Below, piece after piece: positions 1-8,550 of a DNA stretch of 64,000 nucleotides (position 1 is the first letter of the stretch; each line of letters opens with the position of its first letter). The DNA is taken from contig JAGQJE010000038.1 of the NCBI GenBank assembly GCA_020430775.1, forward strand, positions 280 through 64,279. The letters are read 5' to 3'. A program made the position numbers and the translations under genes. The notes below the pieces were generated by a model. It did not search any database. It was not told where the DNA came from and saw only the letters and a list, made by a program, of their open reading frames with translations. The DNA is from Myxococcales bacterium (GTDB lineage Bacteria; Myxococcota_A; Polyangia; Polyangiales; Houyiibacteriaceae).

Positions 1-49
1 GGGCACGGGCACGGCCTCGGGCACGGACACGGGCTCGGACTCGGCCTCG
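1..49 (+). repeat. G-rich hexanucleotide-period tract, truncated by the window edge
   Basis: Read directly: gggcac gggcac ggcctc gggcac ggacac gggctc ggactc ggcctc. Same unit family as 169-264. Confidence 0.8.
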
Positions 50-170
50 ATTCGTGGGAAGTAACTCCTCAGGCCGGCTACGGCCCACTACATGATGTGG
101 TCGACGACGGTCGGTGGCCACGAGATGTTGTGGCGCCTGCCGTCGACATCGAGTTGCTTCCCACGAATCG
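48..170. repeat. 14-bp terminal inverted repeats enclosing a 95-bp lower-GC core, nested inside the hexamer tract
   Basis: 48-61 CGATTCGTGGGAAG is the exact reverse complement of 157-170 CTTCCCACGAATCG. Both outer flanks carry the same CGGCCTCGG..GGGCTCGGACTCGGCCTCG repeat. Confidence 0.75.
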
Positions 171-264
171 GCCTCGGTCACGGGCTCGGACTCGGCCTCG
201 GTCACGGGCTCGGACTCGGCCTCGGTGCGGGATTCGGTTCGGGGTGTTCGGTGGGCGGGGAGGG
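169..264 (+). repeat. Hexamer-period G-rich tract with an exact 24-bp tandem duplication
   Basis: cggcctcggtcacgggctcggact occurs at 169-192 and again at 193-216. It then degenerates to ...gcgggattcggttcggggtgttcggtgggcggggaggg. Confidence 0.85.
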
Positions 265-373
265 TGCTACATCCGCTCGGGCTTTGGTCGCGCGCTGCCG
301 CGTGGGCTCCGCCGGCCGGACCGCGCCCGTGTGCGATGCGTCCACCATTTCCGCGTTGCAGGGGAGTCGACCG

Positions 374-2266
374 ATGCCTCAGGCCGCCCAGAGCGAGCAG
401 TCGCGCACCCGTCGGGCAACGCTCGCGCTCACCGCGCTCGGCGTGGTGTACGGCGACATCGCGACGAGCCCCATCTACTCGCTGCGTGAGTGCTTCAACG
501 GCAAGGACGCGCTGCCCGCGACGCCGAACGACGTCCGCGGCGTGCTCTCGCTCATCTTCTGGGCGCTCGCGCTCGTCGTGAGCTTCAAGTACCTCGTCGT
601 GGTCCTGCGCGCGGACAACGAGGGCGAAGGCGGCATCCTCGCGCTGCTCGCGCTCCTCGATCCCTTCGGTCGGCGCGGGCCCGCCGCCGGCCGGACGCTG
701 GTCGTGCTCGGGCTCTTCGGCGCCGCGCTGCTCTACGGCGACGGCATGATCACGCCTGCGATCAGCGTGCTGAGCTCCGTCGAGGGGCTCGAGGTCGCCA
801 CGCCCGCGGTGGGTCCCTATGTCGTCCCGATCACGGTCGCCATCTTGTCGGGGCTCTTTCTCATGCAGCGCCACGGCACGGGCCGTGTCGGGTCCGTGTT
901 CGGGCCCTTCATGGTCCTGTGGTTGCTAGCGATCGCCGGGCTCGGCGTGGCCGGCATCGTCCGCGAGCCGGCCGTGCTCCTCTCCGTGAGCCCGCACTAC
1001 GCGGTGAAGCTCTTCGTCGCCCACCCGGAGCTCGCGTTCGCCGTGCTCGGCGCGGTCTTCCTGACCGTCACCGGCGGGGAGGCGCTCTACGCGGACCTCG
1101 GTCACTTCGGCCGCTCCCCCATCCGCACCGCTTGGTTCATCCTCGTGCTGCCGGCGCTGCTGCTCAACTACTTCGGGCAGGGCGCGCTTTTGCTGGTCGA
1201 TTCGTCGGCGAAGGGGCAGCCCTTCTACCACCTCGCGCCGGGCTGGGCGCTCTACCCGCTCATCGCGCTCGCCACGGGCGCGACCATCATCGCCTCGCAA
1301 GCGGTGATCTCGGGCGCGTTCTCGCTGACGAGCCAGGCGGTGCAGCTCGGCTACTTCCCGCGCATGCAGATCGTCCACACCTCGTCTGCCGAGCGCGGGC
1401 AGATCTACGTGCCGGTGATGAACGGCTTCTTGTGGGTGGCGACGATCGCGCTCGTCGTCGGCTTCGGATCGTCGAGCAACCTCGCCGGCGCGTATGGCGT
1501 CGCGATCGCGACGACGATGGTGATCACGACCGTTCTCATCTTCGTGCTGTCCCACCGCGTCTGGGGCTGGAAGCTGGTCTCGGCCGGCGGGCTGGCGGCG
1601 CTCTTCCTCGTGCCGGACCTCGCGTTCTTTGGTGCCAACATCCTCAAGATCCCGGACGGCGGGTGGGTCCCGATCCTCGTGGCGCTCGGGGTGCTCGCGC
1701 TGATGCTGACGTGGCAGCGCGGCCGGCAGCTCGTCTTCGCGCGCGTGCGCCAGAACATGCCGCCCTTCGATCGCTTCCTCGAGCGCCTCGACGACGAGAG
1801 CCCGCACCGCATCCCCGGGACCGCGGTGTTCATGACCGGGCGCTCCGACGGCACGCCGCCCGCGCTCGTCCAGCACGTACGCTACAACGGCGTCCTGCAC
1901 GAGCAGGTCGTCCTGCTGACGGTCGACGTGGCCGATGTGCCGCACGTCCCGCCCGATGAGCGCCTGCAGATCGATCGCTTCGACCACGGCTTCGTCCGCA
2001 TCATCGCTCGGTATGGCTTCCGCGAGACCCCTGACGTGCCTCGCACGCTGAAGGACGCCTCGACGGAGGACTGGCTGACCATCGACCTCGCGGAGACCAC
2101 CTACTACATGGGCACGGTGACGATCTTGCCGACGGGCGACGGGCACATGGCCGCATGGCGCAAGCGCCTCTTCGCGTTCATGGCGCGCAACGCCGAGCGG
2201 GCGACGGCCTACTACAAGATCCCGCGCGGCCGCGTGTTCGAGGTCGGCGGACAGATCGAGATCTAG
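374..2266 (+). CDS. kup: KUP-family potassium uptake transporter
   Basis: Frame of ORF 92-2266. Carries the KUP N-terminal motif LGVVYGDIATSPIYSL, many hydrophobic segments and a C-terminal cytosolic domain. Start set to ATG 374 because upstream residues (GLGHGLGLGLG...) are translation of the hexamer repeat. Confidence 0.9.
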   Translation: MPQAAQSEQSRTRRATLALTALGVVYGDIATSPIYSLRECFNGKDALPATPNDVRGVLSLIFWALALVVSFKYLVVVLRADNEGEGGILALLALLDPFGRRGPAAGRTLVVLGLFGAALLYGDGMITPAISVLSSVEGLEVATPAVGPYVVPITVAILSGLFLMQRHGTGRVGSVFGPFMVLWLLAIAGLGVAGIVREPAVLLSVSPHYAVKLFVAHPELAFAVLGAVFLTVTGGEALYADLGHFGRSPIRTAWFILVLPALLLNYFGQGALLLVDSSAKGQPFYHLAPGWALYPLIALATGATIIASQAVISGAFSLTSQAVQLGYFPRMQIVHTSSAERGQIYVPVMNGFLWVATIALVVGFGSSSNLAGAYGVAIATTMVITTVLIFVLSHRVWGWKLVSAGGLAALFLVPDLAFFGANILKIPDGGWVPILVALGVLALMLTWQRGRQLVFARVRQNMPPFDRFLERLDDESPHRIPGTAVFMTGRSDGTPPALVQHVRYNGVLHEQVVLLTVDVADVPHVPPDERLQIDRFDHGFVRIIARYGFRETPDVPRTLKDASTEDWLTIDLAETTYYMGTVTILPTGDGHMAAWRKRLFAFMARNAERATAYYKIPRGRVFEVGGQIEI

Positions 2267-2916
2267 CAGGCCGGGGCCGGCACGCGCGGCGCCTGGGACG
2301 CCGTGTCGGCGTGCAGGCCCGTCAGGCCGACGAGCACGCCGATGAGCGCCGCGTAGCATCGCTCATCCGACACGATGCGCTCGCGGAGCACCTGGGCGCG
2401 GACGACCCCCTCGACCGTGCGGAAGACGGTGAGCGCCGTGGCGTCGACGTCCCCTTCGTAGCGGAGCGCGCAGAGCAGCCGCCGGATGTCCTCGACCAGT
2501 GCGGCTTCGCCGCCGCTCAGGATCGCGCCGAGCTCGGGGTCCGCGTAGCGGCGCTCGGACACCACGGCGTGCAGGCCTCGATCATCGCGGTAATACGCGG
2601 CGACGGCTTCGACGACGGCCAGCAGTCGATTCCGGGCGACCGCGGCGTCGGCCGTCGGCGCGAGGAGGTGTCCGAGCCGCTCGGCGAGCCCACGGACGCG
2701 CAACGTGGCCAGCTCGCGCAGCACGGCGTCCTTGTCCGTGAAGTACTGGTAAAAGCTCCCCGTCGCGACACCCGCGGCTTCCGCGATGGACTTCGCGGTC
2801 GTCGCGCTGTAGCCGTGCGCCGAGAACTGCGCCTGCGCCGCACGCACGAGCGTGGCACGCGTCCGCTGGGCCCTCGCCTGCGTGGGGATGCGGACCTCAC
2901 CTTTCGACTGACGCAT
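2263..2916 (-). CDS. TetR/AcrR family transcriptional regulator
   Basis: N-terminal HTH region TRATLVRAAQAQFSAHGYSATTAKSIAEAAGVATGSFYQYFTDKDAVL. Its stop overlaps the kup stop convergently by 4 bp. Confidence 0.85.
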   Translation of the reverse strand: MRQSKGEVRIPTQARAQRTRATLVRAAQAQFSAHGYSATTAKSIAEAAGVATGSFYQYFTDKDAVLRELATLRVRGLAERLGHLLAPTADAAVARNRLLAVVEAVAAYYRDDRGLHAVVSERRYADPELGAILSGGEAALVEDIRRLLCALRYEGDVDATALTVFRTVEGVVRAQVLRERIVSDERCYAALIGVLVGLTGLHADTASQAPRVPAPAC

Positions 2917-3041
2917 CGCCCCAAGATAGCGAACCCAAACCTGACGGCAAGGTCAACTATGCGCCGCGGTCGCGGTCGTCGCCCCCAACCGGAGTCTCAG
3001 GCGGCGCATGATCGGCGGGTCACCACGGGCGGATCGGGTCG

Positions 3042-4382
3042 CTAGACGAGCACGCTCTCGTCGATCTCGAGGGTCGGGCGACCGAGGACGGTCTGGGTCG
3101 CCTCGTCGCGGCGGCTCGCGGCGTCCGCGAGCTGGCGTGTCACCGCGGGATAGGCCTGCAGCGTCTCGGCGACCTGGTCGCGCCCGAGGGAGAGCGTGAC
3201 GGTCTCGTGGGTGGCGACCACAGTCGCGTTCGCCCGTCGATCGAGCGCGAGCGCGCTCTCGCCGAAGAAATCGCCCGGCCCCAAACGTGCGAGGCGCACC
3301 TGCTCTCCCTGCTCGTCCGCGCCGAAGACCTCGACCTCGCCGCTCGCGATCAGGAAGAGGCCGCGCGCCGGCTGTCCCGCCGCGACGAGGGCGTCGCCGG
3401 GCGCGAAGGTCGTGACCGTGAAGCGCTCGAGCAGCGCCGTCCGCTGCGCGAGGGGCACCACGGCCAGCAGCTCGCTGTGCCGGAGCAGGTTCTCGACCAT
3501 CCGCGCCTGGCAGAAGCGCCCGAGCTCTTCGCCGACCTCGGGGTACTCGGCGTGCACGCGGGCGAGCGTCTCTCGTGAGATGACGAGGAGCTGCGTCGGC
3601 TCGAGCGCGCGGACCGTCGCCGCCCGCGGCGCGGCGCTGACGAGCGCCATCTCCCCGAAGAGGCGGCCCGGCCCGAGCGAGGCGAGCCGCACCGGCTGGC
3701 TGCCGCGGTCCTCTCGGAGCACCTCGAGCGCGCCGTCCACCACGACGTACGCCTCCCCCCCAGGCTCCCCCTGGCGCACCACGACGTCTCCCGTCGCGCA
3801 CTCGCGCGATCGCAGCGCCGACAAGAGGGCCTCGAGCGGCGCGACGTCCAGCGCCGAGAAGAAGGGCGCGGCCGCGATCTTGGCGTCCTCGGCCACGTCG
3901 TCCGGCTGCACGACGAAGCTGCGCAACGCCGTGGTCGCGCGATCGAGGAGCGCGTCGCCGCTGAGGCTCGCGAGCGTCGGGTCGACCGCGAGCGGTGAGG
4001 GCAGGGGCGGCGGCAGGCGGCTCAGCTCGGCCGAGAGCCGGGGCGATGTGCGCGCGAACGCGGCGGCGATCGGCGGGATCAGCCGCGACCGCTCCTCGCC
4101 GGTCTCGAGGGCGGCGAGCGTCGCGGCCGCGAGGTCGCCCCGGCGGATGAAGCCCGCCACCATGCGATCGAGCGCGTAGCCGGCCCGCAGCGGGCGGCCG
4201 AGGCGTATCATCGTCGACGCGACGAGGGCGGCGGCCCGGAGCTGCCCGGTGCCGCGCTCGAGGTAGGCGACGCCGACGCGGAGGGCGCCCTCGGGGTCGC
4301 CGGCGACGCGCAGGCCGTACGCCGCGTCGAGCACCGAGATGCCCGCGTGAGGCGCGGCCGAAGACGAGCGGTGTCGGTCCAT
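3042..4382 (-). CDS. Protein with two cyclic-nucleotide-binding (CAP-effector type) domains and a helical N-terminal region
   Basis: Two copies of the cNMP-domain pattern: GDVVVRQGEPGGEAYVVVDGALEV...LGPGRLFGEMALV...RAATVRA and GDALVAAGQPARGLFLIASGEVEV...LGPGDFFGESAL...ANATVVA. Confidence 0.8.
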   Translation of the reverse strand: MDRHRSSSAAPHAGISVLDAAYGLRVAGDPEGALRVGVAYLERGTGQLRAAALVASTMIRLGRPLRAGYALDRMVAGFIRRGDLAAATLAALETGEERSRLIPPIAAAFARTSPRLSAELSRLPPPLPSPLAVDPTLASLSGDALLDRATTALRSFVVQPDDVAEDAKIAAAPFFSALDVAPLEALLSALRSRECATGDVVVRQGEPGGEAYVVVDGALEVLREDRGSQPVRLASLGPGRLFGEMALVSAAPRAATVRALEPTQLLVISRETLARVHAEYPEVGEELGRFCQARMVENLLRHSELLAVVPLAQRTALLERFTVTTFAPGDALVAAGQPARGLFLIASGEVEVFGADEQGEQVRLARLGPGDFFGESALALDRRANATVVATHETVTLSLGRDQVAETLQAYPAVTRQLADAASRRDEATQTVLGRPTLEIDESVLV

Positions 4383-4597
4383 CTGCGACGCAGCGTATCA
4401 CGTCGCCGCGGCGGCTCTAGCGTCCGTCACGCGCCCGCCTCGCGACCCCGGCCCCCGCTTCAGCGTCACCGCGATGCCACCACGACGGGACGCCATGGCG
4501 CGCTTAGGTATCATAAGTGATTCGTTGTCTACGTGTCCGGCACGCACAGACGTAGCACAGGCGAATCACACGCAATTGACTGAATGGTTGCGACAGG

Positions 4598-5830
4598 TTA
4601 GCTGTTTTCGTTCACAGCTTGTCCCAAGGGTGCTTCGCTGTGTGGAAGAGCGCTCTCCGACGGGTCGAAGAGGAGCGCCTCGAGCTCGTCGCGGGCGTTC
4701 TCCGCGTCCCGACGGCCCATCTCGATGAGCTCGCGCGCGAACTCGCCGTCGAAGAGCAGGTAGCTCGCGAGGTCCGCGTCTGCGCCGACGCCGACGTCGA
4801 GCAACCTCAGGAACGCCCGGCCGAGCACCCGCCCGAAGCGCGCGCGGTGCGACTGGAGGTACTCGCTCGCCGTCCGCCCGATGTCGACGCTCGGCCGGAG
4901 CGCGCTGACCGCGACGCGGCGACGCGGGAAGCCGCCCCGTAAGCGCGTGATGGCGTTGACCCGGTCGATGAAGTCGGGCCCGAACGCGGTCTCGCCGTCT
5001 TCGATGACGCGATTGACGCGGTTCAGCTCGCCGAGGTCGCTGTTGACGTGGTCGAGCAGAAAGGCGTTGAGGACCTTGCCGAGCAGGAACGACGCGCCCG
5101 GGAATCGGCCGACCTCGAGCGAGGGCGAGCCCACGCCGTGCGGGGTCGACACCCCGACCACGAGCAGGCGGTCCATGCCGAGGTGGAGCGCCGGGGACAT
5201 GGGCGTGTTCAAGCGCAGCCCGCCGTCGCAGTGCAGGCGCCCGCCGATCGCGACCGGCGGGAAGACCAGGGGGATCGCGGCGGACGCGAGCACGTGATGC
5301 GGGCCGATGTGCGCGGCCGAGACCACGACCTGCGCCGGCAGCGTGGTCGGCAAGACCACGCCCGGCGCGCGGTCGACGAACACCACCGGGTGGCCCGTCG
5401 CGACGTCGGTCGTCGTCACCGTGAGCGCCGTGAGCCGCCCCTTGCGGATGTTGTACCGGAGCTGGCGCCAGTTGCCGGAATTGCGGACGAGGTCCCCCAG
5501 CCGGACGGCGCCGAACAAGCCCGCCGGCCGCTTACCGCCGAGCAGCACGCGGTGCAGGCCCGTCGCCTCCCGCACACCAAACGCGAGGACCTGGTCGAGC
5601 GAGAGCTGCCGCCAGAGGTCGACGAGGCGGCGCACGCCGCGATCTGGGGCCTCGATGGCGCTCGCGAGGAAGGTGCCGTTGACCGCGCCCACGCTCGCCC
5701 CGCAGATGACCCGCACATCGGGGGTGCGGCCGAGCTTTTTCGGCAGGTCCGCGAACGCGAACTGGAGCACGCCTGCCTCGTAGGCGCCACGCGCTCCGCC
5801 GCCCGAAAGCACTACACCGAGACCGCTCAT
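4598..5830 (-). CDS. Patatin-like phospholipase
   Basis: Gly-rich oxyanion loop VVLSGGGARGAYEAGVL, GxSxG nucleophile elbow CGASVGAVNG, and downstream CDGGL Asp motif. Start set to ATG 5830 (MSGLGVV...). Confidence 0.85.
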   Translation of the reverse strand: MSGLGVVLSGGGARGAYEAGVLQFAFADLPKKLGRTPDVRVICGASVGAVNGTFLASAIEAPDRGVRRLVDLWRQLSLDQVLAFGVREATGLHRVLLGGKRPAGLFGAVRLGDLVRNSGNWRQLRYNIRKGRLTALTVTTTDVATGHPVVFVDRAPGVVLPTTLPAQVVVSAAHIGPHHVLASAAIPLVFPPVAIGGRLHCDGGLRLNTPMSPALHLGMDRLLVVGVSTPHGVGSPSLEVGRFPGASFLLGKVLNAFLLDHVNSDLGELNRVNRVIEDGETAFGPDFIDRVNAITRLRGGFPRRRVAVSALRPSVDIGRTASEYLQSHRARFGRVLGRAFLRLLDVGVGADADLASYLLFDGEFARELIEMGRRDAENARDELEALLFDPSESALPHSEAPLGQAVNENS

Positions 5831-6025
5831 CGCCGGGACTCCATTCGCCAGGCCACCACCCTGCCGCGGCAGCATAGCAGTACGGAGCTGGCCGATACGA
5901 CCTCGGAACCAGCGCCGGGTCGCTTGCCTCGGGGGCGCTCCCCGCCGCCGCCGCGCTCGCCGCACCTCTGCGCCCGCGCGATTCTCTCACGGCCGCGGCT
6001 CATTGCGGTATGCTCGCTCCTCGCG

Positions 6026-7111
6026 ATGATCCGCCTGACGCGTCCCGTGATCGGTGACTCGGAGCGCGCCGCCGTCGACGCGGTGCTCGCCTCGGGCATG
6101 CTCGTGCAGGGCGAGCAGGTGGCCGCTTTCGAGGCCCGGCTCGCCGCGCTCTGTGGCAGGCGGCACGCCGTCGCCGTGGCGAGCGGCACCACCGCGCTCG
6201 AGCTCGCGCTGGAGGTGCTCGGGATCGGCCCAGGCGATGAGGTGCTCGTCCCCGCGCTCACCTGGCCGAGCCCCGCGCACGCGGTCCTGCGCCGCGGTGC
6301 CGTCCCGGTCCTGGTCGACGTCGACCCGCACGAGTGGAACGCGACCGAGGCGGGCTTCGCCGCGGTGCGCACCGCCCGCACCCGTCTCGCCGTCGTGATC
6401 GACCAGTTCGGCAACCCCGCGCGAGCGCGGGCGATCGAGGGGGCGCTCGACGGCGTCCCCATCCTCGAGGACGCCGCGTGCGCGCTCGGCAGCCACTTCC
6501 CTGGGGCCCCGTGCGGCAGCCTCGGGCCGATCGCGTGCATGAGCTTTCACCCGCGCAAGATCGTCACTACGGGCGAGGGCGGCGCGTGCCTCCTCGACGA
6601 CGACGCCCTCGCCGAGCGCCTGCGCGTGCTGCGCAACCACGGCCAGCAGGCGCCCGGCCGCTTCGCGTCCGCCGCCGGCAACCACCGCATGACCGAGCTC
6701 GCCGCCGCGCTCGGCCTCGCGCAGCTCGATCGACTGGACGCCATCATCGCGGCGCGGCGCGAGCGCGCGGCCCGCTACCGCGACGCCCTCCCGATGCTCT
6801 CGTTTCAGGCGGTCCCCGAGGGGGCGCGGTCGACCTACCAGACCCTCGGCGTGCGGCTTCGGACGACCCGCACCGGCGCTGCCGCGGCCCGAGAGCGGGA
6901 CGACGTCGTCCAAGCGCTGCGCGCGCGCGGCGTCGAGGCGGGGCTCTTGTCCTACGCGCTGCACCGCGTGGGGACCATCCCGGGCCCGCACGGGCCGCTT
7001 CCCGGGACGGAGGCCGTGGCGGACACGGGCTTGGCGCTCCCGCTCTTTCCCGCGCTGACCGAGCGAGACCAGCGCACCGTGATAGACCAAGTGCGCGAGG
7101 TGTTGGCTTGA
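6026..7111 (+). CDS. DegT/DnrJ/EryC1/StrS-family PLP-dependent sugar aminotransferase
   Basis: MIRLTRPVIGDSERAAVDAVLASGMLVQGEQVAAFE... plus the PLP-lysine region SFHPRKIVTTGEGG. The upstream half of ORF 5048-7111 is antisense to the patatin gene. Confidence 0.8.
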   Translation: MIRLTRPVIGDSERAAVDAVLASGMLVQGEQVAAFEARLAALCGRRHAVAVASGTTALELALEVLGIGPGDEVLVPALTWPSPAHAVLRRGAVPVLVDVDPHEWNATEAGFAAVRTARTRLAVVIDQFGNPARARAIEGALDGVPILEDAACALGSHFPGAPCGSLGPIACMSFHPRKIVTTGEGGACLLDDDALAERLRVLRNHGQQAPGRFASAAGNHRMTELAAALGLAQLDRLDAIIAARRERAARYRDALPMLSFQAVPEGARSTYQTLGVRLRTTRTGAAAARERDDVVQALRARGVEAGLLSYALHRVGTIPGPHGPLPGTEAVADTGLALPLFPALTERDQRTVIDQVREVLA

Positions 7112-7137
7112 GCTCCGTTCCGGCGAGCGTCCCGAAG

Positions 7138-8091
7138 ATGGTCGAGGTCGAGCACCTCAAGAAGACCTTTCACATCGGGTTCTTCCGAAAGCGCGTCGAG
7201 GCCGTCCGCGACGTCAGCTTCGAGGTGCGCCGCGGGGAGATCCTCGGCATCCTCGGCCCGAACGGCGCGGGCAAGACCACGACGATCAAGTCGCTGCTCG
7301 GGCTCATCTTCCCGACCAGCGGGACCGTCCGCTTGTGCGGTCAGCCCGAGCCCACGCGCGAGGCACGCCGGCGCGTCGGGTACATGCCCGAGAACCCCTA
7401 CGTCTACAGCTACCTCAAGCCGCTCGAGTTCCTGGACCTCTGCGGCCGGCTGGTCGGCCTGTCCCGACAGGAGCGGCGCGAGCGCGGGCGCGCGATCGTC
7501 GAGCGCGTCGGCCTCTCGCACGCGGTCGATCGGCCGATCGGCAAGTTCTCGAAGGGCATGACGCAGCGGATCGGGCTCGCGCAGGCGCTCTTGCACGACC
7601 CGGACCTGCTCATCCTCGACGAGCCCATGAGCGGCCTCGATCCGATCGGGCGCAAGGAGGTGCGCGACCTGCTCCTCGAGCAGCGCCGGGCGGGCAAGAC
7701 GCTCTTGTTTACGAGCCACATCCTCACCGACGTCGAGAGCCTCTGCGACCGCGTCGTCATCGTGCGGAGCGGGGAGGTCGCCGCCGAGGGCGTGATCTCC
7801 GAGCTCGTCGGTGCGGCTGCGAAGCGCGTCGAGATCGAGCTCACGGAGTGCTCGGAGCCGCTCCAGCGGGTGCTCCGCGACCACGGCGAGGTGCGGACGT
7901 CGAGCGAGGGGCGCGTCGAGATCGCGGTCGAGGGCAAGGACGAGGCCGCAGAGGTCGTGCGGCTCGCGGTCGACGGTGGCGCCAACGTGGAGGCCGTCGT
8001 GCCTAACCGCGAGTCCCTCGAGGCGCTCTTCATGCGCAACGCCGTGGCGCCGTCGCCGCAGGCGGAAGACGCTGCTACACCACGGCCATGA
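7138..8091 (+). CDS. ABC transporter ATP-binding protein (ABC-2/CcmA-like); no permease gene adjacent
   Basis: Walker A GPNGAGKTT, signature-like FSKGMTQR, Walker B LLILDEP, H-loop TSHIL. Confidence 0.85.
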   Translation: MVEVEHLKKTFHIGFFRKRVEAVRDVSFEVRRGEILGILGPNGAGKTTTIKSLLGLIFPTSGTVRLCGQPEPTREARRRVGYMPENPYVYSYLKPLEFLDLCGRLVGLSRQERRERGRAIVERVGLSHAVDRPIGKFSKGMTQRIGLAQALLHDPDLLILDEPMSGLDPIGRKEVRDLLLEQRRAGKTLLFTSHILTDVESLCDRVVIVRSGEVAAEGVISELVGAAAKRVEIELTECSEPLQRVLRDHGEVRTSSEGRVEIAVEGKDEAAEVVRLAVDGGANVEAVVPNRESLEALFMRNAVAPSPQAEDAATPRP

Positions 8092-8546
8092 CGCAGAGCC
8101 CCGTTTCTCCGGAGGAGGCCAAGCGCCTCCTCGACGACGAAGAGTACGCGTACCTCGACGTGCGTTCGGTCCCCGAGTTCGGCGCGGGCCACCCCCCCGG
8201 CGCGTACAACATCCCGCTGATGAACGCCGGCTCGGGCGGCATGAAGGCAAACCCGCACTTCGTCGAGGTCGCGTCCCGCACCTTCGACAAGGACGCCAAG
8301 CTCGTCGTCGGTTGCAAGATGGGCGGCCGCAGCAAGCGGGCCGTCGAGGCGCTCACCGCCGCCGGGTTCACCCACGTGGTCGACTGCGGCGCGGGCTTCG
8401 AGGGCAAGACCGACCCGTTCGGCAAGGTGCAGCAGCCGGGCTGGCGAGTGGTCGGGCTCCCCGTCGCGACGACGCCCGAGCAGGGGCACGACTACGCCTC
8501 CCTCGCCGAGGCGGCCGGGGTGTCGGAGCCGGGCGACGGCGGCTGA
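8088..8546 (+). CDS. Rhodanese-domain sulfurtransferase-like protein
   Basis: YLDVRSVPEFGAGHPPGAYNIP and active-site loop VGCKMGGRSKRA. ATGA overlap with the ABC ATPase stop. Confidence 0.75.
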   Translation: MTQSPVSPEEAKRLLDDEEYAYLDVRSVPEFGAGHPPGAYNIPLMNAGSGGMKANPHFVEVASRTFDKDAKLVVGCKMGGRSKRAVEALTAAGFTHVVDCGAGFEGKTDPFGKVQQPGWRVVGLPVATTPEQGHDYASLAEAAGVSEPGDGG

Positions 8547-8550
8547 GCCG

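Noticed and set aside
92-373. N-terminal 94-aa extension of Kup in the ORF track (MMWSTTVGG...GLGHGLGLGLG...)
   Set aside because: It is translation of the inverted-repeat core and hexamer repeat. The conserved KUP sequence begins just after ATG 374.
265-373. Possible riboswitch (for example c-di-AMP/ydaO class) in the kup 5' region
   Set aside because: I could not recognise the conserved core of any riboswitch class by eye. An Infernal/Rfam scan would be needed, so no call is made.
926-2359. 477-aa minus-strand ORF opposite kup. Similar long antisense or off-frame ORFs occur at 8368-10200, 13598-15841, 34235-35344, 35768-37690, 37558-39054, 55122-56624 and 56739-58256.
   Set aside because: All lie opposite or out of frame with genes that have clear family motifs. 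Their translations are Arg/Ala/Pro/Gly/Asp-rich low-complexity strings, typical of stop-poor alternative frames in ~70% GC DNA.
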